Shown piece after piece: positions 50,235-62,759 of a stretch of DNA of 64,000 bases (positions within the stretch are counted from its first letter, which is position 1; each line of letters opens with the position of its first letter). Source of the stretch: the human T2T-CHM13v2.0 reference genome, Homo sapiens. Made by a program: the position numbers and the translations under genes. The notes beneath the pieces are model-generated. The model did no database searches. It worked only from the letters and a program-made list of their open reading frames with translations, and was not told the origin of the DNA. The DNA lies in the NCBI RefSeq assembly GCF_009914755.1, contig NC_060925.1; one strand, 5' to 3'.

Positions 50235-53200
50235 AAGAAACTGTGCCATGCAAGTCTCTTAGGGGATACAGGGAAGTGAGTGGGAGATAGCTTCACAAAC
50301 CACTTATCATCTTGTGTTTCAGGAGGATCACAAGGCATTCTGCCAAGACTCAGATTAGTTGTGGTTCAGTCCTGTGTGGCACGTGTGGATACCTGCAAGG
50401 GTGCCAGTGCATAATAGCAGAACATTCCCCAATAGTCATTGCTGTGTTTTGGTTTCTTACTGTATAAATATATGTTATTTGCCAATTTTGATGTTTTTGA
50501 ACATCTGGGTTGCTATAGTGTTTTTGTTTGTTTATTTGGTATTGTAAAGAACACTATTTAAAAAATTCTTAAACATATCTCCTGGTGCAGATGTGTAGGA
50601 GTTATTTTAGGGTATGTGCCTAAGATGGAATTGTTTGATCAAGGATACGCACATCATTAACTCTACAAGATAATGTCAAATTGTTTTGCAAAATGTTTGT
50701 GTCTATTTTCACTAAAACACAGCTTATAATGATTTCTTCTGTTCCATATCCTCACCAGGCCTTAATTTTCACAAATCTCACTCTGCACCTGTTTTGATTA
50801 AAATTTGTATATTCTAGGTGATTAATGGGTTAGCCTTTTTTTAATGTTTCATTTGTATTTTTATTTACTTCTCTGTGAACTACCTGTTAATGTCTTTTTT
50901 CAATTTTTCTATAGAATTGTTTGTATTATTCTTATTTATTCATAGAAACTCTTCATATATTTAGTATACTAATTTCTGATTAATTATTGGTGGTACAAGT
51001 ATTTCTTACCCATTTGTTCAATGGTTTCTTTTGATAAACAAAAGTTCACCATTCTAATTTCAATGTAGTCTAATTAATTATACTTTTTCTTTAGTTTTTG
51101 CTTTTTGAATCTTAAAAAAGTTATCCTTCTTTTACTCTGTTATCATAAAGATGTTTTCCCATAAGACGTTCAAAGAATTTTGGAGTTTTGCTTTTCACAT
51201 TTAAATCTTCAATCTGCCTGGGTTAGATTTGTGCATGATGTGAGATGGGGACCCAATTATGCCAGCACCAGGACCAATGTTGAAAATATCTTTTCTCTAC
51301 TGCAATACTATCTCTGTCTTATGTCAACTTACCATATATGAATAGATTTGTTTTGTAGTTCTATGTGTATTCTGTTTTATTAATCTTTTTACCTATTCCT
51401 GTGCTAATAACACCCTGTATTAATTCCTTCTTCCTGAAGTAGATTTTTTTTTAGTTGTGCTTCCAGTTAGCACCTATGAGTGGTAAATTCTCTCTTTGTC
51501 TGAAAATATCCTTATTTCATCCTCTATGCTGAATTTCCCTTTAAAGTATTATGATATTTTAATTTGATAGGTATTTTATTTTGAGTGGATGTTCCCAAAC
51601 ATTTAGCTTGTTGTACTACTGAATGAGTATGTTTTTTATATGGCATTTTTTCTTTCTTTGTTTTCCTTACTTCTGACTCTCTCTTCATGATAATTTACTT
51701 TTTAACAGTAGTTACCCCCCGCCCACCAAGGGATCCCCTGTGAGATGGAAAACCAAAATGGATAAATTCAGAGTTTCTACCTTCTCTTGCTGGAGTCATA
51801 TTTCTTTCTTCTGCATTCATTGTTTTTCTTTCCTGCCTGGAAATTGATGACTGGTAGACTTGAGATCTATATCATAACCTCATTTACTGAGTATGAACAT
51901 AGCCAAGAATGGTGTGAGGTGGTAGCAAATAGAGCATTGCAGCTCTGAGAGAAAAAATATTGGCATAAGGAAACAAACGCAATGAGCCAGAAATTGGTTC
52001 GAGCTATACCAGTATGAGAAACAGTCACAAAATCCAATGTGACCTACAGAGATAAACAAAACTTGACAAAGGCATTTTGTAGAAACCAATCAGTCTTTCA
52101 CCCCACTCAAGAATTATGGGTATGAAATATAGAATCTTAGAACACTTAATAATCCTCATTCAAACACAAATAATTAATGTTCATTTTATAGTGGAAGAAA
52201 ATTAGTTCTGTAAAAACTGAGAAACTTGCTAATATCAATTGCCAAATAAGCAATACTGAGCGTCTTGAGCCAGTGATTGCCAGTCTCTCTCCCAGCACCA
52301 AACATCCTGACCTTTTAAGCATAGGAGGGGTCATCAAAACATCACTGAGATGGGGTTAAGAACACACCTCTTGTTAAACGTATTGATGAATATAAGTAAC
52401 AAAAGAGAATCCCTTCATGTTTTTCTTCTTTTACTTAATTTATTTTACTACAGCAACAAAAAATTCCAAAGGATGGATGAATGAGCTCTAACAACACATT
52501 TCATTTGGATTTCTTTTCAATTCTTAAATGCATTAAGTACAAATAATCTGGATATGTGTTAGAATTACTTAAATACAACAGAAGAAGAACCAGATAGACA
52601 TCATGTATTTTGAGGACCTATAACTTATTATTAGCTTACTCCAAAGGATTGTAATGATAATAGTTAACTGATGATAATAACTGAACATGTACTGTGTATT
52701 AGGCACTGTGGTATTTTACATGGATTATTTCATCTTGCCCTCACAATAATAAAGTAAGACATATACTATTATCATCATTTTTATATTAAAGAAGATTAAA
52801 GTGAGGCTCAGAGAGACTAAGAAATCAGTTAGTTGAGGTAACCCCATATATAAGTGGTGGCAATGAATTCCTAACTCAGTCATATCTGCTTAATTCCAGG
52901 TAAGACCCTTCCTTCTTAATACCATGAAATAATCACACCAGAAGTTTCTTTGGTCTGTTTGATGTCATCTACTCTATCTTCATTTTCATGAGAATTCATT
53001 GAGTAAAAATGATTCAGGATGGTATTTGTATTAGACAAAACTCCATGTTGCTAGTACAGAAAACTCAACTCAAGCTGGCATTAACAATAACAGACTTAGA
53101 TAATGTGCCCACTCAAAAAGGAAAACTGGAACCAGGGTAACATTATGTACTGACCAGCTCAGGCGTGGATGATATACCCATCTGTGTACCACAAACTGTG

Positions 53201-53457
53201 GGAGGGGCAAAATGGATAACTTGAACTGCAGTTTGGGCAATTACTGAAGCCAAGGATGGGGACAATTCCACCAAAATTGAATGGCTGTCCCTTTACCTGG
53301 AGAGGGAGAAAATGGCAAAACAGAAGCACAAGAAGATGAGGGAAAATAAATCAGAGTCAAATAATTGGAATCCTTACTTCCTCTCTCAGTAAAAGATTGA
53401 CACACAAATAAAACTTAAAAAAAGATTATGGCTACATTGTTTATCTTCAAAAAATTC

Positions 53458-53769
53458 TGGCTGGGCTTACTGGCTCATGCCTATAATCTCAGCACTTTGG
53501 AAGACTTAGACGGGAAGATTGCTTGAGGCTAGGGGTTTGAGACAAGCCTGGGCAACATAACGAGACCCCGTCTCTACAGATAAAAAAAAAAATTAAAAAA
53601 AAATCCAGATGTGCTGATGCATGCCCATAGTCCTAGCTACTCTGGAGAATCAGGTGGGAGGATTGCTTGAGACTTGGGAGATTGAGGCTGCAGTGAGCCA
53701 TGATCACACCCCTGCACTCCAGCCTGGGTGACAGAGCGTGACCCTGTCTCAAAAAAAAAAAAAAAAAAA
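53458..53769 (+). mobile_element. AluJ-family element
   Basis: ggattgcttgag...gaggctgcagtgagccatgatcacacc...accctgtctc followed by poly(A). Confidence 0.93.
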
Positions 53770-53794
53770 TTCATGGACAATGTATGAATTCATT

Positions 53795-54657
53795 GTATCT
53801 TGTGGCATTGTAACAAATAATCCCCAAACTTAGTTGCTTAAAATAATAAACACATTTCTGTGGATTAGTAACCTGGGTATGACATAACTGACTTAGGGTC
53901 TCCCATCAAGTTGCAGCCAAACCGTTAATTGGGGAAGGATTCGCTTCCAAGCTCACTTACACTGTTGTTAGTGGATTTCAGTGTCTTCTGGGCTGTTTGA
54001 CCTAGGACTTCAGCTCCTTGACATGCAGGCCTCTCCACATGGCCACTCACAATAGGCAGCAGTCTTCCCACATGGCAAACAAGCAAGTGAGAGAAAGAAG
54101 ACACCTAAGACAATCTTTTAATAACCTCTTCTTAAAAGTGACATCTCATCACTTTCACCATATTTTATTCTTCAGCGGTGAGTCCTTAAGTCCAGCCTAT
54201 ACTCAAAAAAAGAGGATTACAGGAAGAGGTGAATACCAGGAAGAAAGAAGATGGGGATTCTTATGGACTGCTGTGGACTGAATGTTTGTGTTCCATCAAA
54301 ATTTTTATGTTGAAATTCTGAGCCCTAATGTGTTGGGATTTGGAGATGGGGGCCTTTGGGAGATAATTAGGTCATGAGGGTGGAGCCCTTATGAAGGGGA
54401 TAAGTGCCCTTATAAGAAAAGACACAAGAGCTTGATTTAACTCTCTGCCATGTGAGCACACAATGAGAAGAGGGCAATCTGCAAACCAGACAGAGGGCCC
54501 TCACTAGACATGGGATCTGCCAGCACCTTGATCTTTGACTTCACAGCTTCCAGAACTGTGAGAAATAAATGTTTGTTGTTTAAGCCACATAGTCTTTGGT
54601 AATACGTTAGAGCAGCCTGAACTAAGACAGGGGTCACATTAGAAGTTGCCTACCATA
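53795..54657 (-). mobile_element. Older MLT1 LTR interrupted by an MLT1A LTR
   Basis: tgtaacaaataatccccaaacttagttgcttaaaataa...aaagtgacatctcatcactttcaccatatt; resumes after 54628. Confidence 0.7.
54269..54628 (+). mobile_element. MaLR LTR MLT1A-like (nested)
   Basis: tgctgtggactgaatgtttgtgttcc...cagaactgtgagaaataaatgtttgttgtttaagccac...gcagcctgaactaagaca. Confidence 0.88.
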
Positions 54658-54786
54658 ATGTGTGCATTTGTGTATATTAGCATGTGTATATGTACAGGCA
54701 GGGGGTCTGTGGGTGCACATGGCATAGGGCCAATAGTGTATTGAGATCTTACACATTTTCCTGTTAGGAACATAAGGGGAGGAAAA

Positions 54787-55254
54787 CAGTAGTCATGGTC
54801 CCTGTAGGGAACAGATGGAATTCACAAATTGGGAATTCGAACTGGTTTAATAAAGGGACTATTTACAAATATGTGGGCAAGTATAGGAAAATTACAAGGA
54901 ATTGGGCTTGTCACCTGATGCATCACTCCCCCTGGGCCTCAAGCAGTCAGGTGAAGGAGAAATGAACAGAACCAGGAGAGGATATTTGTATGAGAAGACC
55001 CTGGTCAGACGTATGACCTTTTGTTAAAGGATATGGTCAGCTCATGGCATTTCCACAGAGAAGGTGCCAAGGGAATAAATACCTTGACCTCACTTTCCTC
55101 CTGTCTCCTCCTGGCACTATCCATTGGCTAAAGCCAACTAGAAGCTAGAGGGCAATGGAGTCCACTGATGTAGGTCAGCCTCCTGGGGAACACATAGTAA
55201 TGTATGAAGAGTGGAGAGTGTATCCGGAGGGACAATCAGAAGATACCCGGTACA
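54787..55254 (-). mobile_element. ERVL LTR (LTR41-like)
   Basis: aagggactatttacaaa..gtgggcaag...ccattggctaaagccaactagaagctagagggcaatggag...ggtcagcctcctgggg. Confidence 0.6.
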
Positions 55255-55739
55255 GAAAACAAATGTACTTAAGAGGAAAATTATATTCAGAGTAGGCAGA
55301 GAGGAAGAAACAGGCTTACATGAATAGTTGTTGTTTACAGCAAGCTAGATGGAAGAGTTTGCTGACAGAGAAGGATATTTAACGTCAAAACAAGCTTTCA
55401 AATAATTGCTTCTCTTGAAGATCCTTCAAAATAGGAAACACATACACATTTCTATGAAATTATTTGGGAGAAATTGTACTGATGAAAGGAGCATGAGTGG
55501 CTAAGATGACTTTGAAGGGTCCTTGTAATTTGAGGATTCAGTGTTCTACGAGGAGTGATGGAAATCAGGGAACAAGATCTCTTGCAAAATATTCACAACT
55601 CTTTGAAATGGAAATTAGGCTATTCCAATTTAGAAATCAAATTAAGGCAAATATTCAGGGTGTTAGCAGGCTGTGCTCTTGCCTGTTTGAAGTGGTGGCT
55701 AAAGGAGAGAGGCGTGCTTTTTCCTGGATGAAGCAGGAT

Positions 55740-56015
55740 CTCTCTCAGCCAGTTTTCATCCTTACTTAGCACCTGCTGGCTTGGAGTGGTGTCACCCAAG
55801 CAATCAGACGGAGGGACGTGCCAAGAGCCTGCCCTCCCCTCCCACTGTGTGCTGCCCCTCCTCCCCACACCCATGACAGCCTGTCCTGATATAGATGGAG
55901 AGGGGACTGGTTTAAAATGACAGTCTCAAGTTCATTTAGAAAGAGAAGGCTAATTCAAAGAAACAGCAAGGCAAGCTTCCTTTCTCTGTAGGAATCATTA
56001 TTATCCCCCTTTGTC
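55740..56015 (+). promoter_or_regulatory. Putative proximal promoter/5'UTR of NTMT2
   Basis: Unique sequence directly upstream of the ATG; E-box CACCTG 55770, C-rich boxes ~55830-55870, TGACAG at 55874 and 55918, AT-rich TTTAAAAT at 55911. Motif function is inferred. Confidence 0.45.
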
Positions 56016-56169
56016 ATGGCCCACCGGGGAGCCCATTTTGCCTTTAGATCCCGCTGGCAGAAGACCGACGATGAACTCTGTAGACATAGCATGTCTTTTA
56101 TCCTTCACAAAGCCATTCGCAATGACTTCTTTCAGAGCTATCTCTACCTGCTGGAAAAAATTCCCCTGG
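56016..56169 (+). CDS. NTMT2: First coding exon of N-terminal Xaa-Pro-Lys N-methyltransferase 2 (METTL11B)
   Basis: Translates MAHRGAHFAFRSRWQKTDDELCRHSMSFILHKAIRNDFFQSYLYLLEKIPL, the recognised NTMT2 N-terminus, followed by donor G|GTAAGT (phase 1). No further exon was recognised in the window. Confidence 0.95.
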
Positions 56170-58050
56170 GTAAGTGAGTCAGAGCTACTAGATAAGAAAC
56201 AAGAAATGACTGATGGGATTGCATGAGGTCATGGGGCTTCTAGAAGAGAATTTAAAACAAGGACACTTTTCAGACAAAAAAAACTCCACAACCAATGTCA
56301 CTGGGCTGAAATGTTTCAGTGGAATTCTTTATGGAGAATACAAAGATTAAGTGCCTAAAATAGAGTCAGGACTTTATTTTGGGATTTCCATGCACCCTCA
56401 GGCACTGTGATTTGCTTCTCTGGGTGTCTGTTGCATGAGTATCAGGCTTGTAGAAACTCAGACATGTTTAATATTTACAAAAAATTGTAATTGGGCAAAT
56501 TTGATAATTCAAAGATGAGAGTATTAATGCATTAATACATTGAGTAAGAGTTAAAAAGAAAGACTAAATAATGATAGATCAAAATGTGCTTGGGTTATGT
56601 ATGTATGTTTCTGTGTCTGTGCTTGTGTACACACTTACAATCCTCTGCGGTCTTCTTGAATCAAAAGAATAGTCAGAGAGCCTAAAAAAAGGAGATTTTA
56701 GCTTGGTTTTTGAATATTAAGAAGTCAGTGGTCTGTCTCCATTTTTGTTATCTCCTCTAGTTTTCAGAGAATGGACAATAGAGCAATAAAAAGCTTATCT
56801 GTTTTGCCTACTCTACTTTTTTCAGCCTCTGTGAAAGCAGTTACTTCAGGGCACCCTAAACAGCACTGAAGAGGAAATAACTTACCATTAAAGAGTAAAA
56901 TACCCTTCTCCCTTTGATTTGTATTTTCCCCCAGTGAAAGCAAGAAGGCTGTGTATCAGCCTAGTCTGTTTTCTTAAGGTCGTTTGAAAGCCCCATTGTG
57001 CACTTGATGTGGTCAGGGTTTCCAGCTGTCGAAGCAGCTACATAATTCTTTGTATTGCATTCAAGCAACCGAATGTTAGCAGCCTACCAAAACCTTTTTG
57101 TAAATCCATTTATGAGGGATCTTTAATTCTAAACATACAAATACCTTCATCTCATATTTATATAACTTCTTTCTAAAACTTTTTATCGTCTATGACTTTA
57201 TTTGATTCTCATAGTCACACTATGAAATAGATAGGGTAAGTTATCATTTTTTTTTCTACCTATCTTCCCTCCTTCTTCCTTTCATTTTACTTTTTCAAAG
57301 GAGGGAAGTAAAATTCAGAGATGATGATATTTAATCTAGATAGAGTAATATCAAAGCAAAGACCAAAGTCCAGGGCTTTTTTTTGGTAGATCACACTGCC
57401 CATGAGTAATTCTTTTAGGACGTATAATACATCTCATCTATATCCAAAAGGAAAAAAAAATACAGCAGTTTAAATGGAAGGTGATGATGTTCTAGTCACT
57501 TCATATACTGGCAAAGCATTGCTTTTCTGGAGACACTCTTCAGGCCATACCTCAATAAGAGTAGGTTGGTAGCTTTGGTTTTATTAGACTGGAGAAAGAT
57601 ATCAATTACAACAGCTGAGAAGAGAGTCACTAACAGGCAGATGACTGTCAAACTTTAAAAATATTTACTAGAGAGAAAAAGAAGTCACCTTTGAAGGCAG
57701 CTGAAGATGAATTAAAAAGTTGAATACAATAGTCTCTTCTGAAAAGCAGATGAAAATTAATTTGGCACAAATGGACTATAATTTATATTTAGTCTCAATC
57801 CCTTTTTTTGTTCAATAAAATCATTTTGATTTTGTGTTTTTCTCCTTTGTAAATATGCTAATGTTTTACCAATGAGTTTTGACCTTTTAAAAAAACATTA
57901 TTATCAAAAGGCAAAGTTTTTGACAAAATATTCCACTGACGCCCAATGTAAAATACAGGAAAAAGGGAAACTTTTCTGCATAGGATTGGGGGCAGGACCC
58001 TTTCCTTGGTCTATTCTCTTAGACTTACCACTGTCTCCTGAGGCACTCCT

Positions 58051-58308
58051 TTTTTTTTTTTTTTTTTTTTTTTTGAGATGGAGTCTCACTGTGTCGCCCA
58101 GGCTGGAGTGCAGTGGTGCAATCTCGGCTCACTGAAAGCTCCACCTCCCAGGTTCACTCCATTCTCCTGCCTCAGCCTCCTGAGTAGCTGGGACTACAGT
58201 CCCCCGCTACCATGCCCGGCTATTTTTTTTTTTTATTTTTAGTAGAGACGGGGTTTCACCGTATTAGCCAGGATGGTCTTGATCTCCTGACCTCGTGATC
58301 CGCCCGTC
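58051..58308 (-). mobile_element. AluY-like element, slightly 5'-truncated
   Basis: Poly(T), gtattagccaggatggtcttgatctcctgacctcgtgatccgcccg; TSD gaggcact(c/t)ct at 58040 and 58311. Confidence 0.95.
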
Positions 58309-60289
58309 CAGAGGCACTTCTCTAATACCTGTGGGGTTCCATAAACACAGTTTGAAAACCATTAGTCTATCCCAAGCCAACATTGCCTTCATTTTACTTA
58401 TTTGCAGCTTTCCATAAATGGGCATTGCTTATTTTCTCTGACCCTGATGATTTGACCTGGACATTAGTTTGCCTGAGAGTCACAGAGCTAGCCTCATCCA
58501 CAGTACCTCTTTGATGATAGAAATTTAGGGCTATGTTAGTCAATATGGACTGGGATAGGCTGCAGTAACAAATTAACTCTGGAATCTTAATAGCTGAATA
58601 CATAAAAAATATTTTTTTCTCTTGCTACATCATTTTCAACATGCATTATTGGAGTCGTGGAGGGGAGGCTATATTCCACACAGGCATTCAGGGATCCAGG
58701 ATGATAGAGGCTTTGCCAGCTGGAACATCACTAGTCACCAGGCAAGCAAATAGAGCAGCCAAAGTTTTGTCTACTAGCTCTTAAAAACTTCAGCCCCAAA
58801 GGACATCTATTACATCTGCTTAGAATTCATTGTCCAGAACTACAAGAATTCTGGGCAATATGAAGGGAGCACATATATATTTGTTCACTAGAAAATGTTC
58901 CTGCTACAGGGAAAAATATTGTATTTTGGAGATAAAAATACCAGACAATGCTTAGTTCTGATCAATTCAGTCATATTCAATGTAAGAGACATTTATGGAA
59001 TTTCATTATTGTCAAAGTATTGTGCATTAGAAAGGATTCAAATATTAATAAGACAGTTTCCATTCTTCAGGATTTTATAATGTGACAATGGATGCAAATC
59101 TACAAATAACTGTGTATTAATCCTTTTAAACTAAGGGTGCAGGGAAATCAGGCTACCAGTTCTGTGAATACTCAGATTTTTTTGTAGCTTTTTCCTCTAA
59201 TGGCAGAAGCCAAATGTTCAGAAAGGAATCTGCATGTAAGTCTTATCTGCCAGTGTGACTTTTATTCAATTAGAAGGCTTCCCTTAATCCTTGATTCACT
59301 CATTTAAACTTTGGTTTTTGTCCCAGGAGGTTATAACTTATATTTATGGAATGCAATTGCGTGTATTAGTTTCCCTATTGGACTCTCATTCCCATGAGAG
59401 TAAAGACTCGCCTGTTTTTTCCTCTTTTGTATCTATTCAGCATTTACCATGGTTCCCAGCACATAGGAAAAACACAAAAAATATTTGTTAAATGAATTAA
59501 ATGGCCTCTTACTAATAATTAATTGCAGATCAGCAAAGTTCTGAGTTTAAATTTTTGCACTGCTACTACTAGAAAACTAACCTCTGCAAGTTACTAAAGC
59601 CTCTGAGTATAATTTTTCTTAAAACTACAGCAGAGTTGATTGAAGGATTAAATGTTGGTATATATGTGAAATAGTCCTCCTCAGTAAATATTAGTTTCTT
59701 TATTTCCTTCCTCTGAGCCAGGCCTCTTTTAAAGTCACCATGTAGCTTTCTCTAGAACAGGCATTACCAAAAACGATAAACTTAATTCAAAATATGAGAG
59801 TTTTCAGGCTGCAGTGAGTATTAATTATGTTTTTCAGTTTGGAAATAAAACTTAGCCAGAAGAGATGCTTCCTCTCCAGCTCTGCTGAGGTGTTTTAGAG
59901 TCAGCTTCCTCTACTCTTGATAATTTCAAGACTTCATAGAAATGAAAATAAAGTCCTTCTTTCAAAAAGGCTAGGAACTTCTCCTGTAGGGTCTGCACAG
60001 AGAGTTTGTTGTTTGGGGTAATTATATGGAAAGAACGGTGGCTAACCAGACTCTTTGATTCCTTCTTTCCTTCCTTCCTCCCTCCAACTGCCTAGATTAG
60101 GCAGCAGTCTCACTCCAGCACGATATGTGGTGACATTCAGTCATGGGGAAATTTGCTGAAACATCCCTGGCAAGCTTCAGAGATTCATGGAATAGCAAAG
60201 ACATACATACTAAAAATCTCCAATGGAAGACTCAGCTATGCTGTTGAACATAACTGATCTTCAGAAAGAAGTGAGAACAAGCCTATCAT

Positions 60290-60490
60290 TGTTCTCAGTG
60301 TTTTGCATATATTATCTCAGTTCATTTTTATAACATCTCTATTAGGTGTGCTGTTATTTTCCCCATATTATATTTGAAGAACTGACACCTAGATGAGTTA
60401 AGTAACTTGCCAAAGATCTTGTGGTGGTGAGTGGAGTAGCAGGATTAGAACCCAGGTGATCTAACTCCATGATCTTTTTTAAACCACTAC
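60290..60490 (-). mobile_element. MIR element (one of several; others near 6340, 37810, 52680, 59540, 61010, 61640)
   Basis: ttatttttccccatatt..gaagaactgacacctagatgagttaagtaacttgccaaagat..ggattagaacccagg-type MIR core. Confidence 0.7.
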
Positions 60491-61285
60491 ATAATACAAT
60501 GTAAATGAAAACTTAACTAATGTGGGCAGCAATATAAGTTTTACCATATTTTATGATTTAACAGGAATAGGGAACAAACATAGCCTATGAAGAGCATTCG
60601 CTTTCTGTTGAGATAATCAAGATAGGCAGGCCAGTAAATAGGTTTAAATAATCTAGTTATGCCAACCAAATTTCTGTTAGAAGCTTGGTGTGAACAAATT
60701 TTCAAAAAATGGCTATTCATGAACAAATAGGAAATAGAATGGGAAAACAAGTCAGTGGAAATCTCCAGTGTGTATACCAGTGCTCAAAGGGCTCAACTGG
60801 AGATGTTGGGACAACATCTCCATGTTTAGTAACAATCATTGAGGAATAACTTAACACTCAATGATTCTTCCAGTGCTATCCACATTTCTGAACACATAGA
60901 AGTCAATGAATATTCATTAATTATATTATTGAGCAAAAGTCTATTACTCCTAGACATTGTTAAAGGCTTAGCCCAACTTCATGTGTAGAACAATGGTTCT
61001 GTGTGGTTTAACAGAAAGACCAGAAGCTTTGCATTTGAATAGGCATGTGCTAGGACCTGGTTATGACGTTTCTTTTCTATGTGATATTAAGTTACCAAGT
61101 CTCTCTGATTCTCTTACTCATCTATAAAATGACGATTATAATTCTAGTCTTATATAATCATTGTGATAGTTAAAAGAGACAATGTGAAGAGGTGACTTGA
61201 AAGTACCTAGCATAATACCTGGCACATAGGAGGTATCCTCTCTTGCGTTGATCCCTTTTCAGAAGAATCAGTCTCTGAGGAGGAA

Positions 61286-61370
61286 ATTAACTATGGCTTT
61301 TAACTTTGATGGCAAAGACATAGATTGTTTAGCTACCCCTTTGCCATCAAAGTTAAAAGCCAGAGTTAAT
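61286..61370. ncRNA. MIR3119: miR-3119 precursor hairpin (MIR3119-1/-2, overlapping on opposite strands), in NTMT2 intron 1
   Basis: 32-bp inverted repeat with 1 mismatch (61286-61317 / 61339-61370) and a 21-nt loop; contains the recalled mature sequence TGGCTTTTAACTTTGATGGC at 61294-61313. Confidence 0.88.
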
Positions 61371-62759
61371 AACAACATTTCCTAAAAAGCACTTGGAACT
61401 TCCAGAATAAAACTCACCATACAGCTATTGGTATTTTAAAAATTTATTTCATTCCTGTGGTAGGCATTGCTGCACAACTCATTGTACAATGATACATTTT
61501 CAAATGTTTATCATTACCTGTGCAATACAAATGCTGCAAGACCATTTTTCTCTTTCAAGCAATGAAGAAAATATAATTTTCTTTTTTATTTAGCAGACAT
61601 ATTTTTAGGTGCAGAGTATGAGAGGGATGATCTATAGGTTTTCTACTTAAATAGACCTAGGTTCAAGTCCCAGATCTATCACTCTCTAGCTGCTTAACCT
61701 TGGGAAATTTAGTTAATCTCTTAATGCCTTGGTTTCTTCTTCTGTAGAATGGATATATAATGTTTATCTCACATAGTCAGTTCGATATAAATGTTTTGCA
61801 TAAGTATTACATATAAACATGTTTGATCAACTATAGTTACTATTTTTTAATTATTTGAGTATGCCTAATTGGGAGGACAGGTATTTCATAAATGATACCA
61901 AAGGTATGACTTATGTGTGCTTATGTCGGTTAATCCCTATAACCATTCAGCTCTTTCTTGTACCCATATATTATTTAAAGAACAAAAAGCTAGCTTTTAT
62001 TCAATGAACATTCAAAGAAGGCCCATCAAGAAGTTAGCATAACATTAAGTGCTAGGATTACAAAAAAATAAAATATAGCCTTATCCTGAAGAGTTTAGTG
62101 TAGGAGAGAGACGTACACAAATACTTTTTAAAAATGTGGTATTAAAGTGGTAGAGACCACTATAAAATTCTACAGAGGTGCAAAGGAAGCATGGGGACTG
62201 CTGAGTCAAATCTCATCATGAAAAATCTGTCTTCAGTATCTCCCCTTGACTTCTGGCCTTCTCAGATTTGATAGTAGGTCAGATAGAGAGTTCAAGAAAG
62301 AAGAGAGTTAGGAAGACACTCAGCGAGTAGGTAGGGGATAGATCTCTTGCTGAATTTGAGAAAGTAGATTGTCTTTCCCCAATTTAGAAGTCAGGAAACA
62401 CTAAACTAGCCCTCAGTTGAAAAGAAAAAAGCCCCACACAACTTTCAGAATAGGCAGCGCCCTATTTTAGAGATAAGAAACATCAGACACCTAAAGCCTA
62501 TAGGGAGCAAATAAAACCTAGAGGGTTCCTCTGGGCAATCCAGAGACTTGGTAATGACAGCTTTCTAGTATCCTGGCACATTTAAACCTTGGATTTCACC
62601 AGAAACACTGATAAATCCCCCCCCCACCACCATTGTTGATGAAAAATATAATGAGGAGGGTAACATTTATTGAGCTTCTACTCTAAACCAAACACCATAC
62701 TAGGTGTTTTCACATGCATTATCTCATTTAATAATCTCAACAAGTTGTATGATAGGTTT

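Noticed and set aside
56011-56226. ORF-track 71-aa ORF MSWPTGEP...
   Set aside because: Wrong frame; the true coding frame starts at ATG 56016 and ends at the splice donor after 56169.
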